Below are positions 47,106 through 54,417 of a stretch of 64,000 nucleotides of DNA, piece by piece. The first letter of the stretch is position 1; each line of letters opens with the position of its first letter. The stretch is from Candidatus Latescibacterota bacterium (GTDB lineage: Bacteria > Latescibacterota > UBA2968 > UBA8231), in NCBI GenBank assembly GCA_965200315.1, contig OZ241362.1, positions 4,736,001-4,800,000 of the forward strand, given 5' to 3'. The position numbers and the translations under genes were made by a program. Below the pieces are notes generated by a model that saw nothing but the letters and a program-made list of their open reading frames with translations, did no database searches and was not told the origin of the DNA.

Positions 47106-48737
47106 TCAAGGCGGCTGGACGACCTTGAGCACTTGGTTGGCGGCGACCCGTTCCAGCGTCTGGTGCGTCCCGTCCGGCCAGTAGATTTCCACTTGGACGC
47201 TCGTGGCCGCGCCCAGTCCGAAGTGCAGGCGCGGGTCGTGGCTGGACAGATAGCTGCCGCCCGATTGCCGCTCCTGCACTTGGCGCACCCCGCCAGCCAC
47301 AACCTCCACCCGCGTGCCGAGGGCGTCGGGGTGGGTTTTCCCCACCAACAGGATTTGTAGCCAGTGGCGGGCATTGCCGCCGTCGTTGCGCAACAGGCGC
47401 GGCCGGGCTGCTACCGTGGTGACTAGGAGGTCGAGGTCGCCGTCGTCGTCATAGTCGGCGACAGCCGTGGCGCGGCCGGCGTTGGCCCGTTGGAAATCCG
47501 GCCCCAACGCGGCTGAGACGTCGGCAAAGCGGCGGCCCGCGTCGTTGCGGAACATCTGGTTGGGTTGCCGATAGGTCTGGCTCGAATCCACTTCGGCAAT
47601 GCGGTCAATGACGTGGCCATTGGCGGCGAACAAGTCGAGGTCGCCATCGTTGTCGTAGTCGAAAAATTTGGTGCCAAAGCCGAGGGGCCGGTACGAGGGA
47701 TCGGCCAGCCCTAGGCGCTGGGTGGCGACGGCGAATTGGCCTTGGCCGTCGTTGCGGTAGAGGGCGTTGGTCTCAAAGGCGAAGTTGGTGACAAAAAGGT
47801 CGGCGTCGCCATCGCGGTCGTAGTCGCCAAAATCGACGCCCATGCCGGCGTCGGCATGCCCGTGCTCGTTGTAGCGGGTGCCGGCAATTAAGCCTACTTC
47901 GGCGAAAGTGCTGTGCTGGTTGGCGTAGAGGAAGTTCATGGTGCCGTCGTTGGCCACGTAGATGTCGGTGTCGCCGTCGCGGTCGTAATCGGCCAGCGCG
48001 ACGCCCAGCCCCTTGCCCTTGAGCGCGATGCCGGTGGCCTCAGTGACATTGGCGAAGGTATTGCCGTCGTTGCGGTAGAGGAGGTCGCCGGTGGGGTCGT
48101 ACACGCTCGGCTCGCAGTACGAGCGCACTTGACCTTGTTGGCAGACGGCCTCGTCGTCGAGCCCGTAGCGCACGTAGTTGGCGACGAACAGGTCGAGATC
48201 GCCGTCGAGATCGTAGTCGAGGAAGCCGGCACTGGAGCCCCAGCGCGGGTCTGCTAGGCCGGCCGACGTTTTGGCAAAGGTGCCTTGGTCGTTGCGGTAG
48301 AGGGCGTTGGGGCCGTAGTTGGCGACGAAGAGGTCGGGGTCGCCGTCGGCATCGTAGTCTGCGGCCGCGACGCCAAAGCCGTAGCCGGGGTCAGCACTGC
48401 CGCTGTGGGCGGTGACGTCGGCGAAAGTGCCGACGCCCGCGTTGCGATAGAGGCGGTTGACCGGCGGCAGGTCTGGGGGATGGCCGGTTAGGTAGGTGCC
48501 GTTGGCGAGGTAGAGGTCGAGGCGGCCATCGCCGTCGTAGTCGAGGAAGGCGGCTCCGGCACCGAAGGTTTCGACGTAGTAGTAGGAGCCGGAAAAGCCG
48601 TTGTAGTGGACGAAGTCGATGCCAGCGGCGGCTCCGGCGGCGGCGAAATGCACGGGCGGTGCTGGGGGGTCTTGGGGGGCGCAGGCGCAGAGGGTGCTGG
48701 CGAGGGCGAGACCCCATATTTTGTAGTACTCAATCAG
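47106..48737 (-). CDS. Third CRTAC1 family lipoprotein; start codon uncertain
   Basis: FG-GAP repeats and UnbV end; frame open upstream of 48653 through a signal with lipobox (YYKIWGLALASTLCAC) lacking ATG/GTG/TTG. Confidence 0.85.
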   Translation of the reverse strand: MIEYYKIWGLALASTLCACAPQDPPAPPVHFAAAGAAAGIDFVHYNGFSGSYYYVETFGAGAAFLDYDGDGRLDLYLANGTYLTGHPPDLPPVNRLYRNAGVGTFADVTAHSGSADPGYGFGVAAADYDADGDPDLFVANYGPNALYRNDQGTFAKTSAGLADPRWGSSAGFLDYDLDGDLDLFVANYVRYGLDDEAVCQQGQVRSYCEPSVYDPTGDLLYRNDGNTFANVTEATGIALKGKGLGVALADYDRDGDTDIYVANDGTMNFLYANQHSTFAEVGLIAGTRYNEHGHADAGMGVDFGDYDRDGDADLFVTNFAFETNALYRNDGQGQFAVATQRLGLADPSYRPLGFGTKFFDYDNDGDLDLFAANGHVIDRIAEVDSSQTYRQPNQMFRNDAGRRFADVSAALGPDFQRANAGRATAVADYDDDGDLDLLVTTVAARPRLLRNDGGNARHWLQILLVGKTHPDALGTRVEVVAGGVRQVQERQSGGSYLSSHDPRLHFGLGAATSVQVEIYWPDGTHQTLERVAANQVLKVVQPP

Positions 48738-48961
48738 GCGAATTCGATGACGTCGAGGGTTTGGGACTGGGCTAGTTCCTTGCTCTGCTGGAGGAGTCGA
48801 TCCAGCGTCTTAGCGGTCTGGGCCGTCATATAGGTTTGATGACAATGGCGGCAATGGACCACCGGAACCTTATCCACTAGGAACGTATCGTTTTTGGGAC
48901 CGCATACTGGCGTCTTGTAGCGCAGCTTTGCGCCGTCTTTACCGCAGTAGTCGCAAATCAT
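48734..48961 (-). CDS. YgiT-type zinc finger protein (MqsA-like antitoxin)
   Basis: MICDYCG...VPVVHCRHCHQTY; GGAG upstream. Confidence 0.85.
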   Translation of the reverse strand: MICDYCGKDGAKLRYKTPVCGPKNDTFLVDKVPVVHCRHCHQTYMTAQTAKTLDRLLQQSKELAQSQTLDVIEFA

Positions 48962-48992
48962 GCGGTTTCTCTCCATTTGTGTTCGCCCGAGG

Positions 48993-49169
48993 TCAAATCC
49001 CGCTGACGGCAACAATGCGCCCCGTGAGGATAATGTGTTCTCCATCTAAAATGCTCAGCTCGTCGTCCTGTAATTCCTCGTAGGAATGATCGGGAACAAT
49101 ATACTCATTGGCGCGAATTTTGTCGCGCATCTGATGAAGGATGTGAGCCGTTCCTTTGCACGGGACCAA
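48993..49169 (-). pseudogene. Truncated DUF4258 toxin
   Basis: ILHQMRDKIRANEYIVPDHSYEELQDDELSILDGEHIILTGRIVAVSGI*, directly upstream of the YgiT finger. Confidence 0.6.
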
Positions 49170-49303
49170 CTATATAGACCGCCACGTTTTCTTGCTGTGC
49201 GGCGATTGCTTCGTTTGCAGACGGACGAGTCCTCCCGCTTGCGCGATGTGGTTGCGGATTATTTAATGGTGGCGGCACTAACCACTAAACAGGAGGATGG
49301 ACG

Positions 49304-49495
49304 ATGCCATTTATCAATGTGAAGATGCTCGCGGGGCGTTCCACCGAGCAGAAGCGGGCCTTAGTCGAAGCCCTGACCGAGGCCATAGTGGATACCTGCA
49401 ACGCGCGCCGGGAGGGGACGACGGTAGTGCTTGAAGAATGCGAGCACGAGGACTGGGCAGTCGGCGGGGTGCTGGTGGCGGACCGGCCGCAATAA
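49304..49495 (+). CDS. 4-oxalocrotonate tautomerase family protein
   Basis: AGGAGG RBS; N-terminal Pro, GRSTEQKR, WAVGG. Confidence 0.92.
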   Translation: MPFINVKMLAGRSTEQKRALVEALTEAIVDTCNARREGTTVVLEECEHEDWAVGGVLVADRPQ

Positions 49496-49500
49496 CGAGG

Positions 49501-51042
49501 CTACGGCATATAGGCCAAAGCGACGGCGATCAGCATACCGAACGAAACCCAGCCTAGCAGGGCCTCGGCAACAGCGAGGAGTTTGAGCTTGCCCGTCGCG
49601 TCCCAAGCTCGGGAGTTGACGTGGATGAAGGTGTAGATGCTGAAGACGATGCAGTCGGCGAGGGTGGGCTGGCCTGCGCCGGAGGGGGAGCGCATGGAGC
49701 CGGAAGCTGCGCGGTACGCCAAGCCGCAGAGGAGGACAATGGCGAGCATGAAGGCGATTACTCGCTGGGGGGCCATGCCGTAGTCTGCACCCAGCCGCCA
49801 CAGTTCTAGGCCCCAGCGCGCTGGCTCGTGCCAAGCACGTGCGAGGCGCTGGTGGTCCATGCGTTCGGCGTGGCAGGCTGCGGCGTCGCCGTTCAAGCCT
49901 TGGGCTAGGAATTGGTGGTACAGAGCGGCGTAGGTTGGGTCGAGGGTGGCGGCGTGGGTTGAGTCGGCTGTGGCGAGATGGCCGGCTAGCTGGGGCCAGT
50001 GCGCTTGGAGGCGGCCAAAGCGCGGCTGGTGCAAGTAGAGTTGGCTGCCTGTGGCGAAGGTCGAATCCGTCCCGGCCGACCGCAGGTCGATCAGGGCGAA
50101 GGCGGCGCGGCTCAGGTCGAGGGAGCGGTTGAAGAAGGCCCCGAGGCGGATGACGCGGCCCTCGCTCTCGCTGAAGTCGGCCTCTTGGCGGAAATAAGTG
50201 CCATCAAAGCGCGCTTGGCCAAAGGTTGCACTGCGAAAGTGCGCTGCCCGTGCGAATGTGAAGTCGGCGAAGGACGCCTCGCCGCTGAACCGCGCTCGGT
50301 CGAAGGATACTTCTCCGTCGGCGCGTCCACTGGCGAAGGACACGTCCTCGGCGAAGTGCGCATCCCAAAACAGGGCCCGGTCGGCGAAGCGGACCCCGGC
50401 GAAAGATAAAGGCTGCGCCCAAGCGGTTTCCTTGAAGGAGGCGATTCCGGCGAAGGCGGCGTCGGTGAAGATGGCTGGCGCGGCAAAGGCGGCCTGCTCG
50501 AAATAGGCGGCGTTGTCGAATTGGGTCTGGGCGAAGTGGGTGTGCTGGCCGGCAAAGCGCGCCCCGACGAACGAGGTGACTCCGGCGAAGCGGCTTGCGG
50601 TTAGGTCGGCGTCGCCGAGGAAGTGGGTCTTTTGGAAGGTTGCGTGTTTGGCCAGATGGCTTGCGTGCAGGGCGAAAGCGGCGGTAAAGCGCACTTCGGC
50701 GAAGGAGACGCCACCGGCGAAATGGGTGTGTGCAAAGCGCACCGGGGCGAGGAACGCGACTTGGCTGAAGGACACCTCGTCGAGAAAATACACGTCCACC
50801 AAATCGAGGGAGACGCGCACGGTGTCGAGTCCTGAAGTTGGTGCAAACAGGCGTCCGCCAAAGGCGACTTGTCGGTGGACGATGGGCGGGCCGTGGGCTG
50901 GGCGTTGTAGTTGGGCGATCAGCGTCTCAATGGGGAGCAAGGGCAGGGTTTGGCCGGCGATGGTGGTATCGGGCGCGGGCGTCTGGGCGCTCAAGGCGCT
51001 GCTCAAAAAGAGCAAGGCGGAAAAAAGGAGCTTGGGCAGCAT
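49501..51042 (-). CDS. Pentapeptide-repeat protein with C-terminal two-TM channel-like domain
   Basis: Signal peptide; long (A/V)xFxx repeats; ADYG...TM...FSIYTF...EALLG. Confidence 0.8.
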   Translation of the reverse strand: MLPKLLFSALLFLSSALSAQTPAPDTTIAGQTLPLLPIETLIAQLQRPAHGPPIVHRQVAFGGRLFAPTSGLDTVRVSLDLVDVYFLDEVSFSQVAFLAPVRFAHTHFAGGVSFAEVRFTAAFALHASHLAKHATFQKTHFLGDADLTASRFAGVTSFVGARFAGQHTHFAQTQFDNAAYFEQAAFAAPAIFTDAAFAGIASFKETAWAQPLSFAGVRFADRALFWDAHFAEDVSFASGRADGEVSFDRARFSGEASFADFTFARAAHFRSATFGQARFDGTYFRQEADFSESEGRVIRLGAFFNRSLDLSRAAFALIDLRSAGTDSTFATGSQLYLHQPRFGRLQAHWPQLAGHLATADSTHAATLDPTYAALYHQFLAQGLNGDAAACHAERMDHQRLARAWHEPARWGLELWRLGADYGMAPQRVIAFMLAIVLLCGLAYRAASGSMRSPSGAGQPTLADCIVFSIYTFIHVNSRAWDATGKLKLLAVAEALLGWVSFGMLIAVALAYMP

Positions 51043-51259
51043 ACGGGGTGTTGCGTTCAAAAGCGCAGCGTGGCACCGGCTGACAAGGGTCCGCTAGCAT
51101 TCGGCACCACGCCGACGGGGATGCGGTGGGCTTTGGGCTTCGACTTGCGCTCAGCCGCAAGGGGCTTATGCGACTGCGCGGACAGGATTTTCATAGATAG
51201 CCTTCCCGTATTGCGTTGCTAGCAGCGTCCTCTGTGGTTCGGCAACTAGCGCCGCTAAC

Positions 51260-51459
51260 TATAGCAATCCTACATGACTTGCAAGCATGGAACGTTCATC
51301 GGTATCGTCTGCGCTGGTTCCCGGCCGTAGGCCAGCGGGCGAGACGCCCGCGCACCCAGCGATGCGCCGCATGGCCGAATGACCTTTGAATTTCATTATC
51401 TGAGACGCCCGCGCACCCAGCGATGCGGCGGATGGCACGAATAACGTAGGACTGCTATA
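51260..51459. mobile_element. MITE-like element, copy 2
   Basis: TATAGCAATCCTACATGA ... TAACGTAGGACTGCTATA termini; internal direct repeat GAGACGCCCGCGCACCCAGCGATGCG twice. Confidence 0.75.
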
Positions 51460-51801
51460 TAATGGAGTTTATAGATAGTAAGCTATTATCGAGTATCAGA
51501 GACAAAAAAGGCATACTACTTTGTGTAGTTTGAGGTGGTTGACATAATTCGGCGCAGTCGAGCACATTGAGCAGGCCGAGGGGCGCGGCGGACTTTAACG
51601 CGGGCGTCATGGTTGGGTATTGGGTAGGGGCGGACGACGGCCCTGTGGTTTAAGGCTGGGATACAAAGTACCGCACGCAAAACCGAAAATCAAAGAAAAA
51701 CATGTTCCCGCGGTGCCCATTGAGCTAGCTGGTGCGCCTCAGCCAAGAGCACCGCCCTCCTGCTTTTTGCCCATTCGCTTGCCGGCCTGTGCGCTGAATT
51801 C

Positions 51802-51830
51802 TTGACAAGTCTGGCGGAAAGGCGTAACAA
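51802..51830 (+). promoter_or_regulatory. Possible sigma70 promoter, leaderless
   Basis: TTGACA-17 nt-TAACAA (weak -10); ATG 51837 begins 7 nt later; no SD. Confidence 0.3.
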
Positions 51831-51836
51831 ACAGCC

Positions 51837-54101
51837 ATGCAATATCCCTTTCTTTGCGCCGTTTTCCTCGCTGCCCTGAGCGTCCTGCCGGCTGCGGCCG
51901 ACACCATCGTCGTCGGTGCGAGCGGACTGGGCTGGCGCAGTGGGGGCGGCGCGATCCAAGCCAAGGTCATTCGCAGTGCCCAAAGCGTTGAGGGGACCAA
52001 CGCGCCCGGCGGCGTCATCGACTTTGCGCCTGCTGACTTTGCGGGCTGGATCTTCCCCCAGCGCGCCGATACCACCCTCAACATCGCCCTCGGGGCCAAC
52101 ACCGAGTCTCGCGGGGGTTCGATCACGTCGCCCAACAACCTCAACGTCCGCGGCGAACTGCCCAAGCTCATCGACGACGACGGCCAGAGCGGACTCGATC
52201 TGCGCTTGAGTGCCGGAGCCAAAAGTGCCCAAGTTTTGGGGCTGATCATCGACTTGGACTTGGGGGCGCGCTTTGGCGTTGATCGCTTCCGCTTTTTTCC
52301 GCGCAACGCCGCACCCGAATTCCCCGCGCCGAATTTTCCCTTCCAGAACGACTTTATGCGCAGCTTTGAGATTTTTATCAACGACGGCACGCCGGACACC
52401 CAGCGCGAGGGGGTGCCCATCCGCACGAGCGTGGCGCTGGAGGGCCAAAACGAAGAGGCCGTCGTCGATATCCGCATCCCGCCGCAATACGTGCGCTTCG
52501 TGCGGCTCAAATCCCTGACGGCGCTGGGGTTTGACATCGCCGAGTTGCAGGTCTTCGGCACGGGCTTTGTGCCCGAAGCCGTCTATATCTCCAACATCTT
52601 CGACTTTGGCGATCTGGCGCTGCTGGGCCATGTGCGCTGGGTGCAGGAGCAGGTCGGCGACCCGCAGCTTTCGCGGATTGCGGTGCATACGCGCACGGGC
52701 ATGGATCCCGAGCCGGTGGAATTCAACAAGGTGCGGCCCGGCGAGCAGATCTTCCGAGTGGGGGGAGGCAATGTGGGGTTGCAGTCCGATGGGGCTGGGG
52801 TCAGTAGCGGCACCGGAATCAGCAGCGGCCTCGGCACGGGCGAGGTTGGGGTGCCGTGGAAGTTCGCCAAAGACGTGGAAGACGAGGCCCTGCAAGCGCT
52901 GGTTGCGGAGGTGCTCGACAACGAGGAAGTGGATTTGCGCGACGCCGTGCAGGCGTTTAATGCGCTGTCGCAGGCGGAGCGGGAGCAGGTGACGTTGAGC
53001 GAGGCCGACTACAAGAAACTCCCGCGCGGCGACCGGGCGACGATCCGCAACGACGTGAGCAACTGGAGCGCGTGGTCGCCGCCCTATCCCGCGAGCAGCA
53101 TCGTCTCCTTGGCGGACTTGGGCACCGAAGGCGCGGGCGGCCCCATCGTCTCGCCAAACCCGCGGCGCTACTTCCAGTTTATGATCGAGTTCTTTAGCGA
53201 CGACTTTGAGGCGGCCACGGGCGTCGGGGGCCTTTCCTTTGACGTGCTGCCCTCGCCGTTTGCCGAGGAACTGATCGCCGAGATCGGCCCACGCAGCGCG
53301 GCTGTGGGTGAGCAGACGGACTTCACCTATGCGGTGCGGAGCAAATTCCGCCCCGGCGAGGACCGGGGTTTTAATCGCCTGCGGATCGCCACTCCGCTCC
53401 GGGTGGAACAGGTAGGCGCAGTGCGGATACAGCCGCCTGCGGGCGACGCGCTGGAGGCCGACTTCAGCGGCGCGGTGCTCGATGCGTTGCCCGTGGTGCG
53501 CGGCGACTTTGCGGTTGTAGAGGTGGCCGACGATGCCTTTGCCATTGAGTTTCCGACTGTGGGCGAAGACGACACCGAGTTGCGGGTGAGCTTTGCCAAC
53601 GCGGTCCTGCGCTTCGGCACCACGTTTAGCGGCCAAGTGTTTAACACCGCGTCTGAGGGCCAGTTGGGGCAGAGTGTGGTGGCCGGCAATGCGGCCGATT
53701 TGGGGGAGGGCGACCCGGACACGCAGGCACTGGGGACGCCTTTTGAGGGCAATCTGTCGGTGCAAGTACCCATCTCCGGCCAACTGCTGATCAACGTGCG
53801 TGCCCAGCCGCCGGTCTTTACTCCCAATGGAGACAGCGTCAACGACCGGGCCGAACTCCAATACGACTTGACCAATGTGGGCCGCCCCACGCGGCTGCGG
53901 GTTGCGATTTTCGATTTGGCCGGTCGGCCGGTGCGGCATCTGTACGACGCGCTGGATCAGAGTGGGCGCTTTGCCCGGCTTTGGGATGGGCGCGACGACG
54001 CGGGCCAGTTGGTGCCGCCGGGCAATTACGTGTTCAGCGTTGCGCTGGATGCCAAGACGGGGCGAGCTAGGGAGGTTGGGCTGGTTGCGGTGGTTTATTG
54101 A
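51837..54101 (+). CDS. Secreted protein with discoidin-like region and C-terminal FlgD-Ig/CTD-like domain
   Basis: Signal peptide; IDLDLGARFGVDRFRFFP; IAELQVFG; FTPNGDSVND...WDGRDDAGQLVPPGNY...VAVVY. Confidence 0.8.
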   Translation: MQYPFLCAVFLAALSVLPAAADTIVVGASGLGWRSGGGAIQAKVIRSAQSVEGTNAPGGVIDFAPADFAGWIFPQRADTTLNIALGANTESRGGSITSPNNLNVRGELPKLIDDDGQSGLDLRLSAGAKSAQVLGLIIDLDLGARFGVDRFRFFPRNAAPEFPAPNFPFQNDFMRSFEIFINDGTPDTQREGVPIRTSVALEGQNEEAVVDIRIPPQYVRFVRLKSLTALGFDIAELQVFGTGFVPEAVYISNIFDFGDLALLGHVRWVQEQVGDPQLSRIAVHTRTGMDPEPVEFNKVRPGEQIFRVGGGNVGLQSDGAGVSSGTGISSGLGTGEVGVPWKFAKDVEDEALQALVAEVLDNEEVDLRDAVQAFNALSQAEREQVTLSEADYKKLPRGDRATIRNDVSNWSAWSPPYPASSIVSLADLGTEGAGGPIVSPNPRRYFQFMIEFFSDDFEAATGVGGLSFDVLPSPFAEELIAEIGPRSAAVGEQTDFTYAVRSKFRPGEDRGFNRLRIATPLRVEQVGAVRIQPPAGDALEADFSGAVLDALPVVRGDFAVVEVADDAFAIEFPTVGEDDTELRVSFANAVLRFGTTFSGQVFNTASEGQLGQSVVAGNAADLGEGDPDTQALGTPFEGNLSVQVPISGQLLINVRAQPPVFTPNGDSVNDRAELQYDLTNVGRPTRLRVAIFDLAGRPVRHLYDALDQSGRFARLWDGRDDAGQLVPPGNYVFSVALDAKTGRAREVGLVAVVY

Positions 54102-54227
54102 TGGGGTACTCGGGGTCGTCTTGGACGCGCCGCACTCGTCCGCAGGACGCAAAAAAACCGCAATTTTTGAATTACTGACTGATGTTACGCAGCCTTATGC
54201 CGCATCTACTGCTTGCTAGCCACTCGT

Positions 54228-54283
54228 CGTCCTTCCCGCGCAAGAACGTCACCCCGTGCCCCGACACGGGGCGGGAATCCAGG
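54228..54283. repeat. Palindromic repeat copy 3 with nested hairpin
   Basis: CGTCCTTCCCGCGCAAG...CGGGAATCCAGG interrupted by a segment containing CCCCGTGCCCCGACACGGGG. Confidence 0.55.
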
Positions 54284-54312
54284 CCAGCGCATGAGCCTCG
54301 AACTGCTTGCAC

Positions 54313-54328
54313 AGGCATGACAATAGCT
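54313..54328 (+). promoter_or_regulatory. Weak sigma54-like site
   Basis: AGGCATGACAATAGCT has GG-N10-GC spacing, 89 nt upstream of ATG 54418; imperfect match. Confidence 0.25.
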
Positions 54329-54417
54329 GCGTAACATCAGTGAATTATAAAAATAATTGACACATTCAGTCCTAGTTCGGCTGGCCTCGCCCGGTGCTCT
54401 CTACAAGCGTGTGGGAA

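Larger units (their letters stand above)
46727..47131. mobile_element. 353-bp insert flanked by 26-bp direct repeats
   Basis: TCAAGGCGGCTGGACGACCTTGAGCA at 46727-46752 and 47106-47131. Confidence 0.85.

Noticed and set aside
51690-54152. 820-aa minus-strand ORF
   Set aside because: Antisense shadow of the well-supported plus-strand gene; no motifs.
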